From Neoechinorhynchus agilis (lineage: Eukaryota; Animalia; Acanthocephala), in contig CM121341.1 of the NCBI GenBank assembly GCA_051530055.1, positions 7,542,784 through 7,606,783 of the forward strand: a DNA stretch of 64,000 nucleotides, written 5' to 3'. Position numbers and translations under genes: made by a program. Position 1 is the stretch's first letter. Each line of letters begins with the position of its first letter. The notes under the pieces are model-generated. The model ran no database searches and had not been told where the DNA came from. It saw only the letters and a program-made list of their open reading frames with translations. Positions 10,741 through 22,815 of the stretch are shown here, piece by piece.

Positions 10741-13494
10741 TTAAACTGTATTTTTATTTTTCGAATTTGAGTGTTCAACGTTAAGCAGATACAAAACCAA
10801 TTCTTTGGCATCACAACAGAGCATCTTGTACTTACTACGACTAATCGATTTCTCATTATTGATAAGAAGAGCATAAGATATAAGACGCTTAATCGTGATT
10901 TCCATTTGACTACTTCGAGTATTCGAACAGTTTCCTTCGCTTATTTCCACGTATCTTTTTGCGCTTAAAAACCTAGCGAGCATTAGAAGTTCACCTACAA
11001 GAAATGAACACGATAGATCACGTTTCCTTTCTTCAATCCAAACTATTCTTTTTATATCTTTAGACGATGTTTCCAGTGCCAAGATCCGTTCATCTCCTTC
11101 TGAAGGATTACACATATAATGTTTTGATTCCCATTTCTCGAGACAGACGTAGCAAAAAGCGTATGAACATCGACAAACAATGTGATTGCATCCTTCGGTT
11201 TTGTTGATGACCATTGCACATCCAGGGCATCTCTTTCCTTCAACGTGATAAAATATTTGGTTTCCATTATCGTTGTGACCAAGTCTGATCATTCTTTTAA
11301 AGAAAGTGGACAACTGAGCACATCCTATGAAAGGATGTGCACCTTCATTTGAACATAACATGCATTTCGTCCATGAACAGTTGGCGCAATAGACACGGTG
11401 AACATCGAACGCAATCGCAATCGTCGATCCACAATTAATGCACTCGGTTACAATTTGATCGTTAAAACAATCTCTCCGAGAACGACGGTGGTACTGATGA
11501 ACTACTGAAAATGTAAAATTCGCATATAAATCCCCGAGTAAGACTAGGCTGGAGCAATCGCTTAGAGGACAAGATATTGACAAATTATATCTCAAACGCG
11601 TTTCACAATAGCGAAGAAAACAAGGCTTAAGAAATAAATCGATGGAATTCTTAAAGGTTTCAAAGACACTAATTTATCACCCTTGCATTTACAAATTATG
11701 TAGTGTCAGCAGACTTAAAATGCAAGTTTTATTTTTTAGGCGGAAATGAATTTACAAAAACCCAACTTGATCTTCCGAAAAGAAGTCCTCTCGCCTAGGC
11801 TGTTTTTTAGACATAGGAACCAATTAGGTTAAAAAGCGTGTAACCTCATTTGCTATCCACTACAATTTTCGTTTCTCCTAACACTTTTGTTTTTATAGTT
11901 TCGTATTTTAGATCACTTTTAATCCCCGTAGCGATTTGAGTTTAATGTATGAAGCAAGTATCGAAATTTCCAAAGTAATGGCAATTTTTGAGCGCAAATT
12001 ATTTTCCACTTAATCCTAACATTGTCTCTATCAAATCTCCAAGGCTAGTTTATATTAATAATATCCAAGGACCAAAGAAAGATTTGATAAGATCGCTGCG
12101 ACAAAAGGTTATCCACATGGACGTGAGCCATCGATTCATATCGAACAGCAACGGTGTTCACACGAAAATGTCGTGGGACTTAATAATTGATTATTTGAAA
12201 AACAAATGGGACATTCTCCGTTACTAGGTTCAATTATTGAACTAATGTTGCACATAGCAGATCGATGAATGTGTGAATCGATTTCACGAGGAAATATTAA
12301 GGCCGAAGGACTTATTGACAAGTACTTTACTGGTACTTGCGGTTTCTTTGGATCTATACTCTCCAATTCTGCGATAATTAAACGTTCAACGTCAATTGAC
12401 TGATACCGAGTGAATCCATTCAGCAGATAACTATCTGCGTTCAAATAAATAAGAGCAAAATGAGGCATAACGATAACCGTTTGCGATGAAGTCGCCGTTT
12501 TCCACACTCTGTGCGGCTTATATCGTCTTAAATCGTCGATAATCGTTGGTGAGACGCGAACGATTTCCATTTTATGTAAATCGATGAGTATTGGCGTACA
12601 AGATATTTGGATAGATTTCGTTAATCGGCTATTCGGTCTATGGACGTCATGAACTGTAGTATCGGTTTTTCTAAAGGTATCAGAAAATACCTTTAATCTT
12701 TTCGTTTCGTTTCTTTTCCTTTTCTTAACCTGTTTCCGAACGATGTATTCTTCAATGCTGTAACTTTGCGTAGTTGAACCAATGCGTCCGGATATTTGCT
12801 CAGTCGGGTATTCGTCCTCGTCCTCATTTAAACACAAGTCAAAAAGCTCATCTCTAATTAATCTTTCAATTTTTCTTTTCCGTTCGTTTCTATTAAGTCG
12901 ATTGATCGATTGCTTAATGTGGCGATAAGAAGAAGAATGAATTAAAATCCCGAAATTTTCTACTAGTCTCGACGGACACATTTCTTTTGCTCTAGGAGCT
13001 GGATACAGAAATACATAAAGAATGTCAATCTCGGCATCTATTTGCCATTCTGGCATAATGCTCCCGGTTACCATCAACTTCCTTGTGTGCTCTACATTTT
13101 TAAACGTGAAAGGAACGAAGCTGCCGTGACTTTCAATGATTCCCGAATACTTTTGTATTCTGTTGCTTATCGTTCCATAGAAATCAATCATGCCAACCTT
13201 CAAAACGTTACGAGCTGTTCCCTGATGATTTATAATCAAATCCTGAAGAGTCCAGCGCTTTCTTCTATTCATGGAATATTGCACAGTGCCGGCTCGGGTC
13301 AACAATCCATCATCTACCGGGGAATCGGAGGTTATGGTTTCTCTTCGTTGTATTTTTGTGACCAAATTCGTGCGGTTATATATCGTTAGCGAGAAAGGAC
13401 CCGAGCGAATGGTTGAACCTTTCCGTTTTCGATGCCATCTTTTTGTATCAGGGAACGACTCGTCGCATAAATCATAAATGTCCTTCAATTCCAT
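10741..13494 (-). CDS. RBR (RING1-IBR-RING2) E3 ubiquitin ligase with long N-terminal region; two main exons; may extend further 5'
   Basis: ORF 12136-13494 ends in CPIC..CEHRCC, and ORF 10741-11625 continues PCFLRY..SISCPLSDC (RING1). IBR: CINC..CANCSWTKCMLC..H..C. RING2: KRCPGCAMVINKTEGCNHIVCRCSYAFCYVC. Confidence 0.9.
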
Positions 13495-13984
13495 ATCATT
13501 TGTAGGGCTAGAAGTGGATGCTACACTCGCTCCGAACGGCGGAATTGCGTTCCCGAGTTGTATTCTCTTCTAGTGACTAAGACTTGTAAAGCAGTTGTCA
13601 AAATTATTCATGTTTATAGTGGATTTTTAGCCAGAAACCCGATCGAAGACAGTTAAGACTGATTAGAAAGAAGATTAAATGATTGAATATCGTTATTTGT
13701 AGCGAAATATTAATAACTTTATTAGACGTACTACACTCGAATCAGGGACCTTCTTTGTTACCGTGATCAACCTTTGTTAGAATGCCACTACTTCTTATTG
13801 TCCTCTGATAACACTTATAAAAACATCGAGAGAATATCTTTATGGTCGAGAGTTACAATACGAAACAACTAAAACCTCATTTAGATGACTGATGAGACGA
13901 GGATTCCTCGCGCAATATCTCAATAGGGAAATTATGATCACCACAACTCTAACTTTTATATAAGCTCTAAACTAACACGTTTTA

Positions 13985-14080
13985 TTTTGTTTAAGAAGAG
14001 GACCCATTCCTCGTGATCACTTTGGAGTTGATGACGGATCCGGAAATTGGAGTGGATAACGGATCCGGAGGATGACGGTC
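13985..14080 (-). mobile_element. LINE 3'-end-like remnant: 24-bp minisatellite unit plus half of the GAGGACCCA hairpin motif and an AAATAAAAC tail
   Basis: TTGGAGT(T/G)GAT(G/A)ACGGATCCGGA occurs twice at about 14027-14070; the same motif is at 19827-19865 and partially near 29360. Adjacent GAGGACCCA(T) at about 13999. Confidence 0.4.
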
Positions 14081-15978
14081 GACGACGACGAGAGAGAGAG
14101 AGGTCGACGTGAATCTACCAACAAAACATCATTTATGCAGGTAAAAGCAGCTTTAAAAGGTTGATCAAAATTGCTTGTTTTTGAATATGTAGGCTCTTCA
14201 ATAATACTTTAGTATTTCGATCAAATAAAAAATGGTCTGGGCGTCTTTTTCTATATTTTGAAAAACCAACGCTGGTTTAGCAGTTTTCAACCTTTTTTTG
14301 GGGGACCACGACCGATGACCTGCGACCCACCTTAGAAACCCAAAATCTACCTGAGAAACAAATGCCATTTCTTGTTCTTAGTACAATTAATTTGACGGTT
14401 CAAACACATATTACAAAAAAAAGCGATAAAAAACAATAGAGTACAGATTTTTTTAATTCCAATAATTAGGCAACTAGAGTTTCCGTGGATCGATTATTTC
14501 GTTGCATTACTTTGAATCTGTGGCGACGGGGAAAAAATTATATATCAAAGAATGATTCAGATATTTCTTCCAATCAAACTAGGCTTATTCAGTCAATTAT
14601 CTAAAAAGGAATTCGGCTTCGTCATTTCCTAAACTTTAGGGAGTAATCTGTCTTGTTTCCCTCGAAAATATTGGATCCACTCGATATCTTTAACTTTGAA
14701 TCTACTTTTAAAATTCAGCATCCGTGATCATCTTTTGTGATAATTGCGACGGTTGGCACAATTTCCTTGATTCAAGTTGGTTGTTTTCTGGCACGAAGAA
14801 ATTAAAATGATTCTGCAAACAACCTTGATAAACGCGTACAAGATTCTGAGCCGAAATCAATCGTATTTTAAAATCATTTTAATTTCTTCGTGCCAGAAAA
14901 CAACCTATATGAATAATCCAATCTTCAAACTTGATTCGAGTAGCGAATATCTGCCTCCAGGGCAAATCGGTTCCTAAATTTTGATTTGTTGGTTGTAATT
15001 AGGGAAAAAGCCGTCTTGCTTTTGTAGGTTGTTGCGTAATGCAGAAGTGGAAACTTCGTGGAACGTTTGGATCATATTCCTGAATGTCCATTTTAAGTGC
15101 GTGATACTTTTTTTTCTTAGGTTGAGAAATTCGACCTTCACTGCGAACTCTTCGTCTCGAATAGCGTTTTCTGTAACGGAAAACGGCTTCAACATCACGG
15201 TGTTGATTTCATTCAACCTTTACTTGTCAATGAAAGAGGCAACCGTGCCAAAATGATCGATGGGGATAAAGATAAAGCAATCTGTAACCACAAATCAATG
15301 AGCTTGAAATTGTTGGCTTGGCAAACGAATGCCATCATCATCATCAAGGAGTGCGAGAGCCGAGGGTCAGCGGCACCACTACTACGAGCTCCGTGGTGAT
15401 AGCGGCAAAAAAGAGAAGGATGGAGGCAGCCATCACAAGTTTTGCTCTGAGCCACCAATTGTTAACAATATAAAAATGTGGGCGGGTAGTGATTGTCATA
15501 GTGATGTCTTATAACGCTAAAATGCCATCGAAAGCTGCAATGTACCATTTCTTAGGACCCAAACAGTTCCAGTGGGGTCGTAGCCTCAAGATTCAAAACC
15601 ACTTGATTATTTAATACATAGTCACCTGGTCATCGATTCTAGAAATGATTATTTCTGATATTATGGGACAATTTCCCCTATAATATTATCGCCCGATTTA
15701 GCTTAGCTTTTACGGATCCCTATGATGCGTAACGAATCATTGGCCGTTTCATATCGTTTTCCTATCGTCAATAACTCTGAAATCTTTTTATTTCTGTTAT
15801 CAATTCAAAGTTGTGCCTCAGGGTTAACCGCTATCCATGAGTTCAGAATTGTTCAATTTACCATGATCTTACCGCCGTTATTAAATTATGCAGCCGCCAA
15901 ATCAAATTTATTGTTATATCGTGATCCGTGGGGCCAATTTATGATAATTTCATGCAGGATCACATTCGGGTGGAAAGA

Positions 15979-16197
15979 TATTCTTGTTGAGCGGTTCAAA
16001 CCCCGAGACGTATTCATGTTATTTTATATTTCGTGGACAAAAAATCCACCACTTCAGATATTGCTTGTAAGTCTCTAAAATGTGAGAGGACGCACATTTA
16101 TAGACTTACAAGCAATATCTGAAGAGGTGGATTTTTTGTCCACGAAATATTAAATAACATGAATACGTCTCGGGGTTTGAACCGCTCAAAAACAATA
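15979..16197. repeat. Long inverted repeat (foldback, about 100-bp arms, 8-nt loop); MITE-like or hairpin-RNA locus
   Basis: 15987-16084 is the near-perfect reverse complement of 16093-16189. The ORF track shows the same peptide on both strands (FKPRDVFMLF..SWTKNPPLQILLVSL). Confidence 0.9.
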
Positions 16198-16775
16198 AAT
16201 TTATGATAACGTGAATAAGATGGAAAATCTTTTACGAACTGTATACTCTCCAATGCAAAACGAGCGACTAAACTCGGTCTCAGCATCAGGAAATGCCGCT
16301 TTGTTTCCGGTCTTCTATTTTAGTCGTCTAATTTCCCTAGAAACATTTCTCGGTGCTGTGTTACCGCATGAAATTAGATCGAAATTCAAAATTCGGGCTG
16401 AATTTCACCTTATTCTTTACAATGGATTGCTCTTATGTACACCATTTCCAAATAAATCGTTATTATTAACATGAAATCCGCCGCCTGTCTTTGCTAAATT
16501 AATTTTCAGTTGAAACGAACGGACGTTTGACGCTAAATGCATTCTTAATTGAATATAGTACTGCGAAGAGCAGGTTTTCGACAATTTATATTGAAGAAAA
16601 GTTGAACGGGATCATCTAAAGAGCAAAATGATAGTTTCAATTGTTTTTTGGATCAAAAGTCAGTAAATAAAATTTTAAAATTATATTTTTTAAGATTCAA
16701 AGTTGTGACAATGTCACTATAAATCGATATGGTTCATTAGTAGAAAATAGCGAGATAACGGAATTCTGTACTGAG

Positions 16776-17230
16776 GAGGACCCATGACCTTTGGGTCCTC
16801 ATCTATTAATATGGGAATATCCAGTCGAGGACGGTTCGTTCTGGAGGTAATATCTGGTCGGAGGGATGTCTATTCGGGTAGGAACTATCCAGTCGTGGAC
16901 GGTTCGTTCGGATGAGGATGTGTCCGTTCGATTGAGAATATCCGGTTGGTTTTAGGAAATGGAGTTTATTTCTTGCAGGAGCGCTTAAAAAGTTTATATT
17001 TCCTCAGAATCATTTCAGGTTATGATATCCGAGAGAAGATTGGACAGCATGGAAAAAATGAGCGTAGACATAGGAAGGTGCGAGGTTGATGGAGGATGAA
17101 CGAAGTAGGATTACGAGTGTTGTGCTCGCGTGAAAAGGGGCGATATGTGGTAGAAATTTTGGTTCAAGGGTTGATAGGCATTTTGATTGTTTATTGTTGT
17201 CCACAACGGAGATGAAAGGTAATTTTTTTG
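16776..17230 (-). mobile_element. Decayed LINE 3' end (C-terminal coding remnant, repetitive 3' UTR, terminal stem-loop)
   Basis: Minus-strand TRNPTSFILHQPRTFLCLRSFFP resembles the C-terminus of CR1/L2 ORF2. Perfect 9-bp hairpin GAGGACCCA-TGACCTT-TGGGTCCTC at 16776-16800. Confidence 0.55.
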
Positions 17231-17892
17231 AACATACAAAGTATAATTTTTAGAGTGGAGTCTGCCTTTCCGATCAAAAAAGAGTTCGCTTAGCAAAAAA
17301 TTATACTTGGATTAGTCAAGATCTTAGATAAGTGCTGAAAAACCTATCCTTTATCCAGAGATAATTTTGATTTAGTTTTAATTTAAACATAATTTTCGGT
17401 TCTGTTCAAGACCGTTTTTGAATGCAAAATATCCTAAAAATGAGACTGAAATTTCATAATATTATCAAATATATTAGGCAGCACACGTTATTTTCTTATT
17501 CTCGATCTCTACTATTCTGTTAACCGGTTCGAAGCTACCACATTGATATTTTTTATATTTTGACACAAGACTTGAAAGTTTGGCACAAATACACTTAAAA
17601 AACGTTCAAGCAACCTTGCGAAAATGCAAATTTTTCCGCTATAAACAAACATAAGAATAATTCAATCTTAACTTTTAAGATTCAGATTTGTATTAAGAAG
17701 TGAACTTTTATTTGCAGCAATCTATTGTGCTCAATAAAACATAACTTTGGAACGTGTCTTATCATTTCCTTGTTAGACAAGATAAAAATGTGTCAGTAGC
17801 TTATAAACTCATAGAAATGCTAGTCACGTAGTTTATCCGTAAACGCATATTCCACTCGAGTTCTTCAACTCTAACCGACCATGTAAATTCAG

Positions 17893-18666
17893 ATGAAAAT
17901 TAACGCGGAACGTCAGATTTATCTCCCAGCAGTACCCTTGGAGACCACGAAGGAAAACATCATGGACGTTTTTGATAAATTTGGAAAGATCGAAACCATT
18001 TGGTTCGAGACGGATGCGGGGGCGAAGCAGAAGAGAGCGTATGTTGCTTTTAGCACTTTTGCAAGTGTAATCGCAAGTGTGAACGCGAATGCCCATGACA
18101 TTTTAGGGCTTAGTGTCCACGCTCAAAAAGTGAATAACACTTTGGAAACGTGTATCAATGGTCAGTCTGCGAATGGATCAAATATAATGCCATCGTCTAA
18201 AGAGGACATAAACACAGACAGCAATGCTTATAGATTTGAATTTACCAAAGATGATAAACAACCATTGAAGCCACTTGGTTCATTTGTTAGTCAACATAAA
18301 GAAGAAAGTGACGTTCAGAAGCCACTTCAAAAACGCGAACAAACTACACAGAAAATCGCCGAGAAAATAAGCATTTTACAAGATCCGGAAATAAACAATG
18401 TTCAGAAAGTCTCTCGTGACATCGTAATAAACACTCAGGAAATCGAGGAGTTCTCCAGAGAACTGCGAAAACATGGGCTTTCTAGCGATGATGGCGACAA
18501 GATAAACGACCTGTCAAAAGATCATAATCCACCTACCGTTCCAGTAAACGTGGATGTGATTCGTAATCTAAGAAATGAAAATAACGAGTGCATTGCAAAG
18601 CTTATTCATGCTCTTAAAATGGCACTCGATTTTCGAACGGAGCTGGATAATCTCGCATTTGGATGA
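17893..18666 (+). CDS. Single-RRM RNA-binding protein, intronless, with helical C-terminus
   Basis: RNP2-like QIYLPAVP, then TTKENIMDVFDKFGKIETI, RNP1-like KRAYVAFS and AHDILGLSVHAQK. 257-aa ORF. Confidence 0.75.
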   Translation: MKINAERQIYLPAVPLETTKENIMDVFDKFGKIETIWFETDAGAKQKRAYVAFSTFASVIASVNANAHDILGLSVHAQKVNNTLETCINGQSANGSNIMPSSKEDINTDSNAYRFEFTKDDKQPLKPLGSFVSQHKEESDVQKPLQKREQTTQKIAEKISILQDPEINNVQKVSRDIVINTQEIEEFSRELRKHGLSSDDGDKINDLSKDHNPPTVPVNVDVIRNLRNENNECIAKLIHALKMALDFRTELDNLAFG

Positions 18667-18924
18667 TCATAAAATCTTCTTTGGTACTCATCAGGAGAAA
18701 ATCCTTCAGGATGATAGGGAGATGTGGTGATCACAATCTCGAACAAAAAATATTTAATTGAATTGAGATATTTCGCTTTCGCAGTCATTATTTGTACGTT
18801 TTCGAACTCAATTCAATAAAATATATTCTGTCCGGGATTATGAGGTCTCTCCTCTTCCAAAATATTTCTTAACCTGGAGTATCCTCATCACAATTCCTTT
18901 TTTTCTGTTTTTTTTGTAATCTTG

Positions 18925-19682
18925 TGAAATGCTACTTGATTTTCCAGCCGTATGATTGGTAAAGTTTTTTGTTTTCGAAAATAAGCACTTGGAAGAGAGG
19001 GCTGTTGTAATGATAAAGCGAAATCTTTATTCCGAGAGTTTTCGCCGTCTTATGGCTTCTTCAGAAGTGTGTTAAAGTAGCGACATTGAAGTGTAGAAAG
19101 TTCATTTGGCCTTTAGAAACTGTAATGATCGATCTAAACTATCCACTTAACAGCTTTTGAGATATTAAAAACGAATTCTCCTCAACTCATTTACGATTCG
19201 TTATAAATGACGGAGAAATAATAGTGTTTAGGAGACATCGCTAGAACTTTTGAAATGCTACTTGATTTTCTAGCCGCTTAATTGATCAAGTTTTTCTTTT
19301 TCGAAAATGGACACTTGGGATGTAGTAATGATAAAATCTTTATTCCGAGAGCGTTAGCCGTCTTATGGCTTCTTCATGGAGATGTGAAGTGTGTTAAAGT
19401 AGCGACATTGAAGTGTAGAAAGTTCATTGATTTTGTTGAGCAGTTCTGGGGGTTTGTCGATTTGGGATTTAGAAACTGTAATGATCGATCTAAACAATCC
19501 CCTTAAGAGCTTTTGAGATATTGAAAACGAATTCTCCTCAACTCATTTACGATTCGTTATAAATGGCGGAGAAATAATAATGTTCAGGAGACATCGCTTG
19601 AAGAATAGAATTCGCTGCTCTTAAGTCTTCAACTTGACAGTAGTTTGTTAAATTGTGAAATATTACTTGATTTTTCAGCCGT
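18925..19682 (+). repeat. Short array (about 2.3 copies) of satellite C (same family as 38080-40635)
   Basis: Unit GAAATGCTACTTGATTTTCCAGCCG...GGAGACATCGCT is nearly identical to the units at 38080-40635. Confidence 0.92.
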
Positions 19683-20128
19683 TTGACACTTGGGATTTTA
19701 TAAAGATACAGCGAAATCTTAATAATAACACGCTTCATTTTGTAAAAGAACCTTTGGGTGTTCGTGAACACTTGAACTAGTGAACACTTGAGTACTGACA
19801 GGATAAATGAATGTGATTGTCTATTTTGGAGTGGATGACGGATCCGGAATTTGGAGTAGATGACGAATGAAGGAACAAGATTATTTAGACCCCCGATCAC
19901 TAACAACAACATTTCTTTGAACTTTTCTCTCATTTGAGAGGTCGTTCTTTTCAGCATTTTCGGCTTTCGTCTTTGTTCTCCTTTCCCAGCGTCTTAAGAT
20001 CTCCAAAAAAACCTGCATCGATGATATCGGAAGCTGAACACTTTCACATCGTAAAGCAGCAGCATATGGATACATTGTCATCGTCTAAGGAAAAAACAGT
20101 GATGGTGTGAAAGAGAATCTTTCCTCTG

Positions 20129-20330
20129 TTGCATGCACATATTTATGTTCAAAACAATCTCATCGATTATGAACATGAAGCTCGATTGGCAAAAGAGGTA
20201 TTCGTCGAATCCGACACTAAATTACGCACGCCTCTCGACAGCATCCGACGCAAAATGCGATTAGCGACAGAATCTACGCCAGAAAAAAGGTCTTTTTATA
20301 GGTTATCTTTCAGAATCTTCTTCTTGTTTG
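20129..20330 (+). CDS. Possible upstream coding exon (perhaps of the neurabin gene)
   Basis: The open frame HAHIYVQNNLIDYEHEARLAKEVFVESDTKLRTPLDSIRRKMRLATESTPEK has natural coding composition. Linkage to the 22.6-kb exons is not established. Confidence 0.3.
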
Positions 20331-20689
20331 CAGTAGTCGGTTGCTCTTCAACAAGGTTGTAGAACTTTTCCAAAATAAGGCGATTTAACGGTCAATAACG
20401 CTGAAAATCACATTTTTCGGACCGTATTGACAAAAAGAGGATTTTATACAGGCCATACGTTGGACTACGGAAGAATTTAAACATGTTCGCTGACCTGAAG
20501 CGACGTAATTTACACTTTCGCTATATTGTTCGCAAAGAGTCAACAATGTGAAGCTCAGTCCTTTATGATGTGAATGATCACGTTTTAAAAGGACATTTCC
20601 CCACCCAAAGATTTTGCCAGCAAAATAAACACGGAAGAATAGTTCATTTGAGGCTGATTTCGTTTTACAAAAATGGGTTACGTCATAGA

Positions 20690-22520
20690 ATATTCTTTTT
20701 GTTGTTGTCAGCGTTGTTTACTCTGTTTTTCCCAAGACAACAACAAAAGGGGTTTTTTGTTCTCAGTATGAACTCCTCGGTGACGCAACCAATATATTAG
20801 TTTTGTGCAACAAAAAATATCGTTCACTTTACGAGCGAGTTTCATCGCCAATCTCAATTTATGCGGCTATTAAAAGGCCTCTTGTTGTCAGCGTTGTTTA
20901 CTTTGTTATCCCCAAGACAACAACAAAACGGGGTTTTTGTTCTCATTATGAACTCCTCAGTGACGTAATCAATATATTAGTTTTGTGCAACAAAAAATAT
21001 CGTCCACTTCTACGAGCGAGTTTCATCGCCAATCTCAATTTATGCGGCTATTAAAAGACAGTTTGTTGTCTGCGTTGTTTACTCTGTTTTTCCCAAGACA
21101 ACAACAAAAGGTGTTTTTGTTCTCATTCTGAACTCCTCAGTGACGTAATCAAAATATTAGTTTTGTGCTACAAAAAATATCGTCCACTTCTACGAGCGAG
21201 TTTCATCGCCAATCTCAATTTATGCGGCTATTAAAAGGCCTCTTGTTGTCTACGTTGTTTACTCTGTTTTTCCCCAGACAACAACAAAAGGGGTTTTTTG
21301 TTCTCATTATGAACTCTGACGTAATCAATATATTAGTTTTGTGCTACAAAAGATATCGTCCACTTCTACGAGCGAGTTTCATCGCCAATCTCAATTTATG
21401 CGGCTATTAAAAGGCCTCTTGTTGTCACGTTGTTTACTCTGTTTTTCCCCAGACAACAACAAAAGGGGTTTTTGTTCTCATTATGAACTCCTCAGTGACG
21501 TAATCAATATATTAGTTTTGTGCTACAAAAGATATCGTCCACTTCTACGAGCGAGTTTCATCGCCAATCTCAATTTATGCGGCTATTAAAAGGCCGTTTG
21601 TTGTCTACGTTGTTTACTCTGTTTTTCCCCAGACAACAACAAAAGGGGTTTTTTTCTCATTATGAACTCCTCAGTGACGTAATCAATATATTAGTTTTGT
21701 GCTACAAAAGATATCGTCCACTTCTACGAGCGAGTTTCATCGCCAATCTCAATTTATGCGGCTATTAAAAGGCCTCTTGTTGTCATGTTTACTCTGTTTT
21801 TCCCCAGACAACAACAAAAGGGGGTTTTTGTTCTCATTATGAACTCCTCAGTGACGTAATCAATATATTAGTTTTGTGCTACAAAAGATATCGTCCACTT
21901 CTACGAGCGAGTTTCATCGCCAATCTCAATTTATGCGGCTATTAAAAGGCCTCTTGTTGTCTACGTTGTTTACTCTGTTTTTCCCCAGACAACAACAAAA
22001 GGGGGTTTTTGTTCTCATTATGAACTCCTCAGTGACGTAATCAATATATTAGTTTTGTGCTACAAAAGATATCGTCCACTTCTACGAGCGAGTTTCATCG
22101 CCAATCTCAATTTATGCGGCTATTAAAAGACGGTTTGTTGTCTACGTTGTTTACTCTGTTTTTCCCCAGACAACAACAAAAGGGGTTTTTTTCTCATTAT
22201 GAACTCCTCAGTGACGTAATCAATATATTAGTTTTGTGCTACAAAAGATATCGTCCACTTCTACGAGCGAGTTTCATCGCCAATCTCAATTTATGCGGCT
22301 ATTAAAAGGCCTCTTGTTGTCTACGTTGTTTACTCTGTTTTTCCCCAGACAACAACAAAAGGGGTTTTTTTTCTCATTATGAACTCCTCAGTGACGTAAT
22401 CAATATATTAGTTTTGTGCTACAAAAGATATCGTCCACTTCTACGAGCGAGTTTCATCGCCAATCTCAATTTATGCAACTATTAAAAGGCCTCTTGTTGT
22501 CAGCGTTGTTTACTATTGAA
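20690..22520. repeat. Satellite A, about 179-bp monomer, about 10 copies
   Basis: Identical ORF starts recur at 21341, 21520 and 22057 (multiples of 179). Left-edge copies are more diverged. Confidence 0.97.
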
Positions 22521-22815
22521 TTTTCCTGCCACACAAAGACAACAAAATAAGTCGATTTTTGTATAGTGAACACCAAAGTGACGTAATCAAAAACGGAAGA
22601 CATTAAACCGTTGATGCGTGGTAGTTCGCAACCGACTACGACGATACGCTTTCCCTTTTGTGTGAAGGTCGATTGCTCTCCTTTTTCCCTTCTTTTTTCT
22701 TATTTAGACTCGCCATCGGTCAGATTGTGGCCAAAGACGAGTTCATTATTGAATTCTCCGTATCATTCGCGTCTACTCTCGTTGGCATTGTGATTGCCTC
22801 CTGTGTGTTTGTTCC

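Noticed and set aside
13885-13925. Hammerhead-like CTGATGAG-ACGAGG-ATT-CCTCG-CGCAA; also CTGATGAG at about 59815
   Set aside because: The conserved GAAA is absent, and I could not build stems I and III or a cleavage triplet.
14974-15514. Possible small gene formed by short ORFs on either strand
   Set aside because: No consistent exon chain or recognisable domain.
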